Origin: Minisyncoccota bacterium
Lineage (GTDB): Bacteria; Patescibacteriota; Minisyncoccia; UBA6257; 2-01-FULL-56-20
DNA length: 64,000 nt
Assembly: GCA_035541415.1 (NCBI GenBank)
Contig: DATKNI010000030.1
Coordinates: 1,621-65,620, forward strand
Reading direction: 5' to 3'
The notes beneath the pieces are model-generated. The model worked only from the letters and a program-made list of their open reading frames with translations. It had not been told where the DNA came from and made no database searches. Position numbers and translations under genes: made by a program. Shown here in pieces: positions 9,864 through 20,401 of this stretch. Numbering within the stretch: the stretch's first letter is position 1; each line of letters starts with the position of its first letter.

Positions 9864-10922
9864 ATGGCCAAAGAACCACGGAAAAAGGCAATCATTACGG
9901 GTATTACCGGGCAGGATGGGTCATATCTTGCCGACTTCCTTCTTTCAAAAGGCTACGAAGTGCACGGCATCGTCCGCCGCGCTTCGACCATGAATCGTGA
10001 GCGCATCCAGCATCTCCACCACGACCCGCACGCGTCGCGTTCGATAACGCTCCACTACGGTGATCTCGCTGACGCGAACACGATCCGCCGCCTCCTGTAC
10101 GAAGTGGAACCGGACGAAATTTATCATTTGGGCGCGCAATCGCATGTGCGCGTGTCGTTCGATGTCCCTGAATATACGGCGAACATCACCGGCCTCGGTA
10201 CGCTCCGCATTTTGGAAGCCATCAAAGATTACGAAAAAGATACCGGCAAGAAAGTCCGCTTCTACCAGGCATCGAGTTCCGAAATGTTCGGCGCCGCTCC
10301 GCCGCCGCAAAACGAAGAGACAAAGTTTTACCCGCGCAGCCCGTACGGCGCCGCGAAAGTTTTTGCCTATGATATGACCCGCAATTACCGCGAGGCGTAC
10401 GGCATCTATGCGGTCAACGGGATCCTTTTCAACCACGAGAGCCCGCGCCGCGGTGAAGCATTCGTGACCCGCAAGATCGCGATCGGCGTTGCAAAAATTG
10501 CCGCCGGCCTCGAAAAGAAACTCTACCTCGGCAATCTCGAAGCGCGCCGCGACTGGGGATATGCGCCGGAATATGTTGAGGCCATGTGGATTATGCTCCA
10601 ACAGCCGGAACCCGATGATTACGTGATTGGCACGGGCCAGTCATATAAGGTGCAGGATTACGTCAATCGTGCATTCGAAGTGGCGGGCCTCGGCGACCCA
10701 AAGCAGTACATCGGCATTGATGAACGCTATTACCGCCCGACTGAGGTCCGCTATCTTTTGGCAGACGCAACCAAAGCGAAAGAAAAATTGGGATGGCAGG
10801 CGGTAACCACATTCGATAATCTGGTGAAGATTATGGTGCGCGCCGAACTCCGCCGCCATGGCCAGCATGAACGCGCCGAAAAGATCATTGTGGAAAATCC
10901 GGTAACGTGGGTGAACGAATAA
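9864..10922 (+). CDS. gmd: GDP-mannose 4,6-dehydratase
   Basis: N-terminus [21 protein letters not shown] and SDR catalytic motifs. ATG at 9864 preferred over TTG at 9855. Confidence 0.9.
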   Translation: MAKEPRKKAIITGITGQDGSYLADFLLSKGYEVHGIVRRASTMNRERIQHLHHDPHASRSITLHYGDLADANTIRRLLYEVEPDEIYHLGAQSHVRVSFDVPEYTANITGLGTLRILEAIKDYEKDTGKKVRFYQASSSEMFGAAPPPQNEETKFYPRSPYGAAKVFAYDMTRNYREAYGIYAVNGILFNHESPRRGEAFVTRKIAIGVAKIAAGLEKKLYLGNLEARRDWGYAPEYVEAMWIMLQQPEPDDYVIGTGQSYKVQDYVNRAFEVAGLGDPKQYIGIDERYYRPTEVRYLLADATKAKEKLGWQAVTTFDNLVKIMVRAELRRHGQHERAEKIIVENPVTWVNE

Positions 10923-10924
10923 TT

Positions 10925-11857
10925 ATGAAAATATTCCTTTCCGGCGGATCGGGCCATTTGGGAAGCGTGCTCGTGCCGCGTTTGCGGGCGGCAGGGCACG
11001 AAGTATCTGCCCCACGGAGCAAGGAATGCGACCTCATGGTTTTTCATGAATGTCTTTCTGCAACCAAAGGATCAGACATGATCATCCATGCCGCAGCCGT
11101 CGCCAAATCGCGCGTGGAACAGATGGCGCATCCATCGGAATCGTTCCGGCCGAACGTCTTGATGACGCTGCAGATCCTCGAAGCGGCGCGCCAAAACAAG
11201 GTAAAGAAGGTTTTGATCGTAAACTCGTTGCGGGCCTATGCCGATATGGAAGCTCCCTTTAAAGAGGAGGCCTTGCTCGAATCAAAGGTTCCGAGCATCA
11301 AGAACAAGACGTTTGGCTATTACGGCCTTTCGAAATGGGTTTCGATCCCTGCCGGGAGGGCATACGCAGCAGAGTTCGAAGACATGAAAATCCGCGAAGT
11401 CGTTTTTTCAAATCTTTACGGCCCGAATGATAAATTTGATTTCGATCCGCCCCCGGCCGTCCCTTCATTCATAAAAAAGATCGCCGCAGCGAAGAAGCAA
11501 GCGATGCCTGCGTTCGATGCGGGGAACAATCCGGGCGCGACGCTCGACCTTCTTTATGTCGACGACGCTGCGGAACTTATGATGCGGGTTGTTGAAAACT
11601 TCGGCGATGGATCATTTGACATCATCAATGGCGGCGGCGGACGCTCATACGAGCTTCGCGAGGTCGCCGATACCGTCGCTGAAGCAGTGGGCTTTAGTGG
11701 TAAAATTACTTGGAGCGGCGAAATAAAAACCCCGCCGATGTTTCTTGATACGGAGAAGGCACATTCGCAATTTGACTGGAAGCCCTCAACAACTTTATCG
11801 AAAGGGATCAACAATACCGTCGAGTGGTTCAATAAAAACTATGGCAAAACAAAATAA
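10925..11857 (+). CDS. NAD-dependent epimerase/reductase (GDP-6-deoxy-4-keto-sugar reductase, Fcl-like)
   Basis: Short-chain SDR fold (FLSGGSGHLGS), directly after gmd. ATG at 10925 follows the gmd stop. Confidence 0.55.
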   Translation: MKIFLSGGSGHLGSVLVPRLRAAGHEVSAPRSKECDLMVFHECLSATKGSDMIIHAAAVAKSRVEQMAHPSESFRPNVLMTLQILEAARQNKVKKVLIVNSLRAYADMEAPFKEEALLESKVPSIKNKTFGYYGLSKWVSIPAGRAYAAEFEDMKIREVVFSNLYGPNDKFDFDPPPAVPSFIKKIAAAKKQAMPAFDAGNNPGATLDLLYVDDAAELMMRVVENFGDGSFDIINGGGGRSYELREVADTVAEAVGFSGKITWSGEIKTPPMFLDTEKAHSQFDWKPSTTLSKGINNTVEWFNKNYGKTK

Positions 11858-13058
11858 AAACCCCGCCGGGCTCAAAGTGGGGGTTGGATCGCTTACGATC
11901 GGCCCGCTGGCAAAAAAATTGATCAACCAGACGCTCGATAAGAACCGATTGTCGTACGGCGATCTCACGATGGAATTTGAAAATAAGTTCGCCCAGCTCC
12001 ATGGCGCCCGCTTCGGCATTTTTACGGTGAGCGGGACTTCGGCGCTCCAGGTGGCGCTGAACGCGATGAAAAATATCCACGGATGGAAGGATGGCGACGA
12101 AGTGCTCGTTCCGGCAATCACATTCATAGCAACGTCGAATATCGTTATTTCAAATAACCTCAAGCCGGTTTTCGTCGATATCGATCCGCGCACCTATAAC
12201 ATCGATCCTTCGAAGATCGAGGCAAAAATAACCAAACGGACCCGCGCGATCATTCCGGTGCATCTTTTCGGCCAACCGGCAGAGATGGACACGATCATGG
12301 CGATCGCACGCAAGCGCAAGCTCAAAGTGATTGCGGACTCCTGCGAAACGATGGATGCCCATTACAAGGGCAAGCCGCTTGGGGCGTGGGGCGATATCGT
12401 TTGCTTTTCAACCTATGTTGCCCATATTCTCATCACGGGCGTTGGCGGTCTCATGATTACCAATGATCCGCGCTATGCGACGGCGATGCGGAGCCTCATG
12501 AATCATGGCCGCGACACCATCTATTACAATATCGACCAGGACGACAAACTGGGCAGCAAAAAAGCATTGTTTACGATGGTGAACCGCCGATTTTCGTTTA
12601 TTGATGTGGGCTACAGCTATCGCCTCACCGAACTCGAAGCGGCATTGGGGCTCGAGGGCCTTCAAAAGATGAAGGCGACCGTGCGCGGCCGTAAAAAGAA
12701 CGCGGCGTATTTGACGAAGGCGTTATCAAGTTTCGCCAATGACCTCCAGCTTCCTTTCACGCCAAAGGGATCTGACAACGTTTATTTTTGCCTCCCGATC
12801 GTCATCAGGAAAAATAGCAAAATAAAGAGGGAAGACCTCGTGACATTCCTCGAAGAGCGGGGCATCGAAACGCGCTACATGATGCCGCTCTTGAGCCAGC
12901 CGGTCTACCGGAAGCTTTTTCCGGGCCTCGAAAAGAAGTATCCTGTTGCGCAATGGATTGAGAAAAACGGATTTTACATCGGCTGCCATCAGGACCTTTC
13001 CATGAAAGAGCTGCGCTACGTCGCAAGCGCATTTGAAGAATTTTTTAATAAAAAATAA
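11841..13058 (+). CDS. DegT/DnrJ/EryC1/StrS-family PLP-dependent sugar aminotransferase
   Basis: About 405 aa from ATG 11841. Typical DegT fold motifs (GDEVLVPA.TF.AT, SFH..K). Confidence 0.8.
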   Translation: MAKQNKNPAGLKVGVGSLTIGPLAKKLINQTLDKNRLSYGDLTMEFENKFAQLHGARFGIFTVSGTSALQVALNAMKNIHGWKDGDEVLVPAITFIATSNIVISNNLKPVFVDIDPRTYNIDPSKIEAKITKRTRAIIPVHLFGQPAEMDTIMAIARKRKLKVIADSCETMDAHYKGKPLGAWGDIVCFSTYVAHILITGVGGLMITNDPRYATAMRSLMNHGRDTIYYNIDQDDKLGSKKALFTMVNRRFSFIDVGYSYRLTELEAALGLEGLQKMKATVRGRKKNAAYLTKALSSFANDLQLPFTPKGSDNVYFCLPIVIRKNSKIKREDLVTFLEERGIETRYMMPLLSQPVYRKLFPGLEKKYPVAQWIEKNGFYIGCHQDLSMKELRYVASAFEEFFNKK

Positions 13059-14140
13059 TGAACGGAGGAAAACCAACGCAGATTATTGTCGTCGGCCCCG
13101 ACCACCACGGCGATTGGCCGAAGGATATTTATCTCGGCATCAAGCAAGCAGGCATTGGCGCGGAGCTCATCTTCACGAATACCCTCGTGAAAGGGACCGA
13201 CAACAATACCGACATCAGCAAGCGGGCACGGCTCGAAAAGATCAAGCAGCTTTTCAGGAACTATGCGCGCCCGGTATTCAATTACGTGAAGAAGCGCCGC
13301 CGCTTGATGGCTGAGCGTTCGCTTTTTGACCAGGTGAATGCAGCACATCGGCCCGGAGAAAAGCTCCACGTGATGTTCATGTGGACGCCGCCGAGCATCG
13401 AGACGCTTAAAATTCTGAAAGAGAATAAAGATATCGTCCTGTCGCTTTGGCTCGGCGAAGCGCCGATCCGCGAGCCGCTGTGGCCGGCAACATTCCCGCA
13501 CTTCGACCACTTCATTTATGTCGACGAGGAGTGGTATCCGATCCTTGCGCCCGACGTCCAAAAGAAATCAGCCTACATCCCGCTTGCTTCCACGCCAGAG
13601 AAGTTTTTCCCGATAAAACCCGAAGAGAAGAACGATAAGTTCAAATGCGACATCGCCTTCGTGGGCTATTATCTCGACGAGCGCGCCGAAGTGCTTTCTG
13701 TAGTGAAGGATTATGACCTCCATATTTATGGATACCGTTGGGAAAACGGGTTTGAAAAGTTTCCGTGGCTCAAAGAAAAATGGAAAGGGCCTCTTTCCAA
13801 TGAAGATGCCAACCAGGCATTCAACGGCGCAAAGATCGAAATCGGCCGCGCCCTTTCGTTCGTCAAATTCGGGCATGTGGTTACCCAGCGCGTTTTCGAC
13901 ATCTCGCTTGCAGGGAATTTCCAGTTGAGCGGCTATGCTCCGAGCCTCGAAAAAATGTTCGGCGATTCCATCCCGATGTTCAATGATGCGAAAGAACTGA
14001 AAGAAAAAGTTGATTATTACTTGGCACATCCGGAAGAGCGCGAGCGGCTCGCGAAGAAGGCGCATGAAATTTGTCTTCGTGAACATACGTACGCGCATAG
14101 GGTCCAGGAGCTTATCAAAGTTTTGGGGATCACGGCGTAG
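13058..14140 (+). CDS. CgeB-family glycosyltransferase (DUF3880 + GT1-like C-terminal domain)
   Basis: 360 aa. C-terminal region resembles CgeB/spore-maturation-type GT (ERERLAKKAHE.CL.EHTY..R). Confidence 0.55.
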   Translation: MNGGKPTQIIVVGPDHHGDWPKDIYLGIKQAGIGAELIFTNTLVKGTDNNTDISKRARLEKIKQLFRNYARPVFNYVKKRRRLMAERSLFDQVNAAHRPGEKLHVMFMWTPPSIETLKILKENKDIVLSLWLGEAPIREPLWPATFPHFDHFIYVDEEWYPILAPDVQKKSAYIPLASTPEKFFPIKPEEKNDKFKCDIAFVGYYLDERAEVLSVVKDYDLHIYGYRWENGFEKFPWLKEKWKGPLSNEDANQAFNGAKIEIGRALSFVKFGHVVTQRVFDISLAGNFQLSGYAPSLEKMFGDSIPMFNDAKELKEKVDYYLAHPEERERLAKKAHEICLREHTYAHRVQELIKVLGITA

Positions 14141-14150
14141 AGCGATTGTA

Positions 14151-14179
14151 TTGCAAAAAGAATATTTTTGTTGCATAAT
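14151..14179 (+). promoter_or_regulatory. sigma70-like promoter (TTGCAA-17-CATAAT) upstream of the cupin gene
   Basis: Read directly in the 14141-14214 intergenic gap. A GAGGAGG SD at 14203-14209 lies 5 nt before the TTG start. Confidence 0.4.
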
Positions 14180-14214
14180 ATCCCTCGGCATTAACTTCGC
14201 ACGAGGAGGTTATT

Positions 14215-14652
14215 TTGGACAATCTGGAAACGCTCGTAACAACCGTTGGGCCTGCAAATACCGATTCTCGACGCATCATTTGGGAGCCGGTCAATGGCGA
14301 CATGGGCAAATTCTGCCGATTGAATTTTTTCGATTGGACAGGCCAGGAAGCGCCCGGCGGTAACCATTATCACGAAAGAAACGAAGAAGTGTTTTTCGTG
14401 ACCCAAGGAGAAATCTCCAAAATGGTCATCGAGAACATCGACACCAAAGAGCGGCATCGCTGGAAGCATCTCGGCGTTGGCACCGTAATTCATATGCCGG
14501 TGCGTCACGCCCATGCACTGGTGCTTGCTCCCGGAAGCAAAATGATCGCGCTGTGCTCCCAACCGTTCGACGAGAATGACAAGGACATGCCAGTCTACAT
14601 GCTGCTCGACAAAAAAACGGGCGAAGAGATCCCGCAGGCGGTAGCCGCCTAG
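14215..14652 (+). CDS. WxcM/FdtA-like cupin (NDP-4-keto-6-deoxy-sugar 3,4-isomerase family)
   Basis: 145 aa cupin. TTG start with a strong SD; no in-frame ATG nearby. Confidence 0.45.
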   Translation: MDNLETLVTTVGPANTDSRRIIWEPVNGDMGKFCRLNFFDWTGQEAPGGNHYHERNEEVFFVTQGEISKMVIENIDTKERHRWKHLGVGTVIHMPVRHAHALVLAPGSKMIALCSQPFDENDKDMPVYMLLDKKTGEEIPQAVAA

Positions 14653-14750
14653 GGACGTGTGCGCCATGCTTCCCAAAGCATGGCGCATTTTTTAACCCTT
14701 TTATCCTTTGACTTTCGGCGCAAACTGCGCCATTCTATACCTTGTATCCA

Positions 14751-15329
14751 ATGATTCACCCCTATCTCGAAGAATCAATCGCCCTCCAGAAAAAAGTATT
14801 GGAGGATAAAGCCATCGCTGCCACGTTCGATAAAATCGTGCATGCCACGCTCGCTAGCATCAAAAACGGCGGCAAGATTTTGGTTGCCGGCAACGGCGGC
14901 AGTGCTGCCGACGCACAGCACTTCGCGGCGGAATTCGTGGCAATGTACAAAATTGACCGCCGCGCCCATCCGGCGCTTGCGCTCACGACCGACACGTCGG
15001 TTTTAACCGCGGTGAGCAACGACCATCATTTTGACCGAGTTTTCGCGCGCCAGGTTGAAGCACTTGGGACAAAAGGCGACATCCTTTTCCTCCTCACGAC
15101 AAGCGGCAATTCAAAAAATCTTTTGAACGCCGTCCATGTGGCAAAACAGCGCGGCGTGACGACGGTTGCGCTCCTTGGCAAAGGTGGCGGACCGATGAAG
15201 GGCCTCGCTGACTACGAGATCATTGTTCCTTCAGACAACGTGCCGCGCATCCAAGAGGTGCAGAAGCTCATCTTGCACAGCGTTGCAGAAGAAGTGGAGA
15301 AGCGGCATTACAACGAATATCTTTCATAG
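14751..15329 (+). CDS. gmhA: D-sedoheptulose-7-phosphate isomerase
   Basis: SIS domain with the GNGGSAADAQHFAAE motif typical of GmhA. Confidence 0.8.
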   Translation: MIHPYLEESIALQKKVLEDKAIAATFDKIVHATLASIKNGGKILVAGNGGSAADAQHFAAEFVAMYKIDRRAHPALALTTDTSVLTAVSNDHHFDRVFARQVEALGTKGDILFLLTTSGNSKNLLNAVHVAKQRGVTTVALLGKGGGPMKGLADYEIIVPSDNVPRIQEVQKLILHSVAEEVEKRHYNEYLS

Positions 15330-15345
15330 TGATATCATTATCGAT

Positions 15346-15858
15346 ATGGAAGTCGTGAAAACCAAATTGGAAGGAGTTCTGCTCATCAAGCCGGATGTGT
15401 TTGAGGATTTTCGCGGCACGTTCACGGAAACCTATAACGAGGAAGCGTATAAAAAAATCGGGATCACGGACCACTTCACCCAGGACGACATGTCGGTTTC
15501 GGTGAAGCACGTCTTGCGCGGCATCCACATGGAACCGTCGATCGCAAAAATCATTTCGTGCGGCTATGGAAAATTATATTGCGTCGTCGTAAATTGCGAC
15601 GAGAAGTCGAAAGATTTTGGAAAGTGGGATGCGTTCACGCTGACCGACCGCAATCGGTGGCAGGTGTATGTTCCGCCGAAGCATGGCATCGGACATTTGG
15701 TATTGAGCGAAATCGGCATGTTCCATTACAAGCAATCGGGATATTACGATCCGGCCGGACAAAAGAGCTATCGCCACAACGATCCGAAGTTCAAAGTATG
15801 GTGGCCGATAAAGAATCCGATTCTTTCCCAGCGCGACGAAGAGGGTCGTTATGTCTAA
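15346..15858 (+). CDS. NDP-sugar 3,5-epimerase, RmlC-like cupin
   Basis: 170 aa dTDP-4-dehydrorhamnose-3,5-epimerase fold (RG.HMEPS, K.YCVVVN). In a GDP-sugar context it may act on GDP-heptose or GDP-deoxyhexose. Confidence 0.7.
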   Translation: MEVVKTKLEGVLLIKPDVFEDFRGTFTETYNEEAYKKIGITDHFTQDDMSVSVKHVLRGIHMEPSIAKIISCGYGKLYCVVVNCDEKSKDFGKWDAFTLTDRNRWQVYVPPKHGIGHLVLSEIGMFHYKQSGYYDPAGQKSYRHNDPKFKVWWPIKNPILSQRDEEGRYV

Positions 15859-16432
15859 GCTCCTGCGCAAAACCCGTTCATTCCTGGCATTCTGTTATCT
15901 TCATTCGCCGTTCTTTTCCGAAGAGCGGTATTTCCGTTTTCCGGTGGGCATTCTCAAACACGAAATGGAGGGGAAGGCTTCTTTTGAGATCATCCACATC
16001 GGAAGCCAAAAGAGGTTCCCGCGCGCGCTTTGGGAAAAAATATGCAAGCAACGGAGAGTCGGCAATATAACGGTTGTCGAGAATTGGGAAACGTCGCGCG
16101 GCCTTCCTAAAAATTTTTATGATTTTGCGTATGTCGATGACGGCCATTCGTATTCGGCCACGCGGAGCGATATTCTGCATGCTTCCGAATTGCTGCATGA
16201 GGGCGGCGTGCTTGCCGGCGACGACCTTGAGCTTTCGATGGATGAAGTTGATGCCCGGCTCACCGAACAGTGCCGGGAGGATAATCACTGCAAAGATCCG
16301 CGGAGCGGCATGGAATATCATCCGGGCGTCACGTTTGCCATCGGGGAAATTTTGGGAAATTCGTTTTCTCGCGACCGGGCATTCTGGGCGGCGCGTCGCA
16401 TGCAAAACGGCTGGGGCAAATACGGGCAATAA
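15851..16432 (+). CDS. class I SAM-dependent O-methyltransferase (Methyltransf_24 / TylF-MycF-CmcI family)
   Basis: 193 aa; the FAYVDDGHSY motif is characteristic of the sugar O-MTase family. Confidence 0.5.
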   Translation: MSKLLRKTRSFLAFCYLHSPFFSEERYFRFPVGILKHEMEGKASFEIIHIGSQKRFPRALWEKICKQRRVGNITVVENWETSRGLPKNFYDFAYVDDGHSYSATRSDILHASELLHEGGVLAGDDLELSMDEVDARLTEQCREDNHCKDPRSGMEYHPGVTFAIGEILGNSFSRDRAFWAARRMQNGWGKYGQ

Positions 16433-16476
16433 AAATCGCATGACATGCAGTCATGCGATTTTGCTGGTAGAAGCGC

Positions 16477-17472
16477 CTACGGAACGACGCAATCCCAGGT
16501 TCTGATGAGCGGATCGAGCTCTTTCCAAAAGTCATCTGGAATAGGGAACGATGCGAATGCGACATTCTGTTCGACTTCTTTGCGGCTGCGACATCCGGGA
16601 ATGCAAAGCGCAAATTGCGGATGGCGGACGCACCACTGGATCGCTGCCGCGCCGAGCGGGACATCGTGGTTTTCACAAACCTTGATGAGCGTTTGGACAT
16701 AGGTGCGAACTTCCGGGGCGAAATGCCGTTGTTGGTATTTGCGCCCGGCATTGAATCCTTCCGCAAGAATGCCGCGCTCTAGCGCGGTTGCTGCGATGAG
16801 CCCGACGCTGTTTCGTTCGGCCCATGGGATAATGAACCGATTTGCGGTTTGCGAGATCAAACTCCATGAGCCGACGACAATTGCGGCATCGCACATGCCG
16901 GATGCAATATAGTGGCTTGCTGTTTCCGGATTGTCCGCTCCGACGCCGAGATAGTCGGTCATGCCATAATTGCGGACATCCAACATGGCCGTGTAAGCCC
17001 CCTTCTTACCAAAGATGAAGGACGGCCTAACGCCCATGGGGTCGTGGAGGTTGAGGATGGATACCATGCTTATGCCAAGGCGTTCGAGGCTTTGGTCGAA
17101 GCTCCGCCGCGCTGCATCGTATGAAAAATCATACGAATCGTGCGGATAGAGGTGTCCGATTTTAGTTGCAACGAATACTTGGCCTTTGATGTCGGGGCGC
17201 TCGTTAAGCGCCATGCCGATGAAGCTTTCACTCGAACCCTTGCCGTACCACGGTGCGGTGTCAATAAAACGGATGCCTGCGTCGAGTGCCGCAATGACCG
17301 CATCGACACCAAGGGTTTCGTTGGCGAGCGTTCCGAATCCCGGACCGTCCGCATATTGCGCTTGTGCCAAATTGGAGTGGGGAAGGCCGAGCGGGCCAGT
17401 ACCCAGTCCGAGAATAGGCGTTACGATGTTTGTGCCGATCAATTGCTTTTGCTGCATGCGCCTGCCTCCCAT
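16477..17472 (-). CDS. aldo/keto reductase
   Basis: 331 aa TIM-barrel AKR (GLGTG.LG, catalytic tetrad context). Confidence 0.75.
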   Translation of the reverse strand: MGGRRMQQKQLIGTNIVTPILGLGTGPLGLPHSNLAQAQYADGPGFGTLANETLGVDAVIAALDAGIRFIDTAPWYGKGSSESFIGMALNERPDIKGQVFVATKIGHLYPHDSYDFSYDAARRSFDQSLERLGISMVSILNLHDPMGVRPSFIFGKKGAYTAMLDVRNYGMTDYLGVGADNPETASHYIASGMCDAAIVVGSWSLISQTANRFIIPWAERNSVGLIAATALERGILAEGFNAGRKYQQRHFAPEVRTYVQTLIKVCENHDVPLGAAAIQWCVRHPQFALCIPGCRSRKEVEQNVAFASFPIPDDFWKELDPLIRTWDCVVP

Positions 17473-17569
17473 GCCGAACCGTGAATTTGAATAAATTGTA
17501 AACTAGTGCCGCGCTTCTTATATCATTTCTGTTGCCTAAACTCAAGCAGCGTCGTATCATAGGAGCATT

Positions 17570-18514
17570 ATGAAACCACAAAAGATTCTCGTGACGGGCG
17601 GCGCAGGCTATATCGGTTCGATCCTCATCCCCGAACTTTTGCGCGCAGGGCACGAAGTGACGGTCATCGATAATTTTTTATATAGCCAGAGTTCGTTGCT
17701 CGACGTTACGCATTTCAAGACGCTCACCGTCGTCCGCGGCGATGCGCGCAACGAAGCGCTCATAAAAAAGCATATCGAAGGAAAGGATTTCATTATCCCG
17801 CTCGCGTGCATTGTCGGAGCTCCCGCATGCGACGCCGATCCGGTGGCCGCCCGCACGATCAACCTCGAAGCGGTGCAGATGATTTTGCGTCTGCGCAAGC
17901 CGGAACAGAAAATTATTTTCCCGAATACAAACAGCGGGTATGGCCGCATGCAGGAAGGAGTGGCATATTGCGACGAAACGAGCGCGCTTGATCCGGTTTC
18001 GCTCTACGGCAAGCTCAAGGTGCAAGCCGAGCTCGAGATTTTGGCGGCTAAGAACGCGATCACGCTCCGTCTCGCAACGGTTTTCGGAGGCAGTCCGCGC
18101 ATGCGCATGGATCTTCTCGTGAATGATTTCGTGTATCGCGCCCTTATGGACCGCACGGCGGTGCTTTTTGAGCCGCACTTCAAGCGCAACTACATCCACG
18201 TCCGCGACGTGGCGCGCGCGTTCATGCACGCGATGGAGCATTTTGAAAAAATGAAAAACGAGCCGTACAACGTCGGCCTTTCGGATGCAAATTTGAGCAA
18301 GAGCGAACTTTGCGCGGAAATCAAAAAGCAGCTGCCAAAATTTGTCTATGTCGAATCGGCGATCGGGGAGGATCCCGACAAGCGCAACTATATCGTGAGC
18401 AACGCAAAGATTGAAAAGACCGGCTTCAAGCCGCAGTACTCCCTGCAGGACGGCATCACCGAACTCATCAAGGTGTATCAAATCGCGCAGAGGAACGACT
18501 TCACGAATCTTTAA
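17570..18514 (+). CDS. NAD-dependent epimerase/dehydratase (SDR)
   Basis: VTGGAGYIGS Rossmann motif. AGGAG SD 5 nt upstream. Confidence 0.8.
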   Translation: MKPQKILVTGGAGYIGSILIPELLRAGHEVTVIDNFLYSQSSLLDVTHFKTLTVVRGDARNEALIKKHIEGKDFIIPLACIVGAPACDADPVAARTINLEAVQMILRLRKPEQKIIFPNTNSGYGRMQEGVAYCDETSALDPVSLYGKLKVQAELEILAAKNAITLRLATVFGGSPRMRMDLLVNDFVYRALMDRTAVLFEPHFKRNYIHVRDVARAFMHAMEHFEKMKNEPYNVGLSDANLSKSELCAEIKKQLPKFVYVESAIGEDPDKRNYIVSNAKIEKTGFKPQYSLQDGITELIKVYQIAQRNDFTNL

Positions 18515-18547
18515 TCTTTTCGTCGGCGTTTCTTGGCGCTGTCATCA

Positions 18548-18576
18548 TTGACGGATTTATGTCAATTTGGTATTAT
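18548..18576 (+). promoter_or_regulatory. sigma70-like promoter TTGACG-17-TATTAT
   Basis: Read directly in the 18515-18619 intergenic region upstream of the HD-domain gene. Confidence 0.45.
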
Positions 18577-18619
18577 TTCCGCGGTATTTTTGACGCGAAC
18601 AAAATGAAAGGAGTCCACT

Positions 18620-19348
18620 TTGAACAGTTTCTTGGAACAACTTGCCTCCGATTTGAGAAAAGCGTATATCACTCCAAACGTAAGCCGTGGGCACGATTTT
18701 TACCATATCGAACGGATGGTGGCGCGTGGTCCAGAGATCCGTGAATACCTCGTGTTCGAGATGGACGAATATGTCGCGGCGGTGTGGTTGCACAACGTTG
18801 ACCGGTGCGTTCCCCTAAAACAATTGACGGCGGAGCTCGGCGGACTGAGAAAGTGCATCCTTTCGCTTTTGGAAGGGAGCGATTTTTCTCCTGAGGCCAA
18901 AGAGAGGATCATCGACGCAGTGCTTCAGCACAGTAAAAAAGACGATGAACCAGGCGATAGCCCTCTGCTGCTCGCTCTTCGGGTGGCAGATAAGTTGGAC
19001 CGTTTTATTCCAACCCTTCTCGTGGAAGCTCCTGCGTCATGGGGGCACCTGCCGATTTTCGTGGCCCAACATCCCTTCGGTTATGATCCCACCGAGGCCG
19101 GTGAACGGGGTACCGCCGGACATCAGAGCATCTATCAGACGTATTATCGGGTGCTTGAGTGGATCCCGATGATGCCTGAATGGGCTCGGGGCCTGATCCG
19201 TCGGGACCATCTTCGGCTGTTTATCACCTTCTTGCGGCTCTTGGGAGCGCAAGCGGCAGATCAGTTCCACGTGACCAACCAGGTTGAAGATGATATTCGT
19301 CACGCTCTTGGTCCCTGCTACGAATGGGCCAATGTATACATCGCGTGA
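18620..19348 (+). CDS. hypothetical protein, possible HD-domain phosphohydrolase
   Basis: 242 aa. H...HD-like motif (GHDFYHIERM) and ALRVADKLDRF. TTG start with an AAAGGAG SD. Confidence 0.35.
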   Translation: MNSFLEQLASDLRKAYITPNVSRGHDFYHIERMVARGPEIREYLVFEMDEYVAAVWLHNVDRCVPLKQLTAELGGLRKCILSLLEGSDFSPEAKERIIDAVLQHSKKDDEPGDSPLLLALRVADKLDRFIPTLLVEAPASWGHLPIFVAQHPFGYDPTEAGERGTAGHQSIYQTYYRVLEWIPMMPEWARGLIRRDHLRLFITFLRLLGAQAADQFHVTNQVEDDIRHALGPCYEWANVYIA

Positions 19349-19433
19349 GCATTTTCAGTTTCCTGCGGGCACCTTGCATAAGGGTGCCCGTTTTTTATTC
19401 GCAAAATTTGGAAAAAGGTGTACGATAAGCCAT

Positions 19434-20384
19434 ATGTATAAAAGAATTCTTGTGACGGGTGGCAGCGCGGTTGCGGGCGATGGGTTGAAGAGCGTCGTGG
19501 CGAAAGGGGAATATGACGGACGCGAATTTATTTTCCCGACGTCAAAAGAGTGCAACATGCTCGATTTTGAAGCGACCCAAAAATTTGTCGCGGATTGGAA
19601 GCCGGATGCCATTGTGCATTTCGCGGCCATCTCCGGCGGTATCCAGCTCACTATCGACCATCCGGCAAGCGTCATGCGCGACAACATCATCATGAACTTC
19701 AACGTCGCTGAAGCGGCGCGGGTGAACGGAGTTAATAAAGTTTTAATGACGCTCTCAGCGGCAATCTATCCTTTGGACACGCCTCTCCCCATGAAAGAAG
19801 AAGATATGCATAAAGGTTATCCGCATGAGACGAATTACAGCTACGCATTTGCAAAACGTCTCATCGACCCGATGGCCAAAGCATACAAGAAAGAATATGG
19901 CATGAGCATCGTTGGCATCATCCCTGGCGCGATCATAGGCCCCAAAAGCAACTTCGATCCCAAAAGCTCTACGGCAATCCCGGCGCTCATCCGGCGATTC
20001 TTTGAAAACCGCGGGAACAACGATCCTCTCGTTGTTTGGGGCGATGGCTCACCCGTGCGCCAGTTCACCTCGGACGAAGACATCGCCCGCATTGCCATGT
20101 GGTGCATTGATAATTATGACGATCCGCAGGTTTTGAATGTGAGCACCATGGAAGATCTCTCTATCAAAGAGGCAGCTTATGTCATCGCCAAAGCGCTCGG
20201 CGTGGATTCCGGGCGCATAACATTCGACACGACAAAGCCCGCAGGAACCCACAGTCAGGGCGTGGACAATAGCAAATTCGTTTCGCTTTCACATTTCAAA
20301 TACACGCCGGCGCGTGAAACGATAACGCGGACGGCGAAATATTTTGCAGAACATTATCCCGATCCGAAAAAACTGCGGTTGTAA
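19434..20384 (+). CDS. fcl: GDP-L-fucose synthase-like reductase/epimerase (Fcl/WcaG/GER family)
   Basis: ILVTGGSA...AIVHFAAISGGIQ...NNIIMNFNV..AA...GVNK colinear with GDP-4-keto-6-deoxymannose 3,5-epimerase-4-reductases. ATG at 19434. Confidence 0.65.
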   Translation: MYKRILVTGGSAVAGDGLKSVVAKGEYDGREFIFPTSKECNMLDFEATQKFVADWKPDAIVHFAAISGGIQLTIDHPASVMRDNIIMNFNVAEAARVNGVNKVLMTLSAAIYPLDTPLPMKEEDMHKGYPHETNYSYAFAKRLIDPMAKAYKKEYGMSIVGIIPGAIIGPKSNFDPKSSTAIPALIRRFFENRGNNDPLVVWGDGSPVRQFTSDEDIARIAMWCIDNYDDPQVLNVSTMEDLSIKEAAYVIAKALGVDSGRITFDTTKPAGTHSQGVDNSKFVSLSHFKYTPARETITRTAKYFAEHYPDPKKLRL

Positions 20385-20401
20385 TAATCTATTATCACGC
20401 C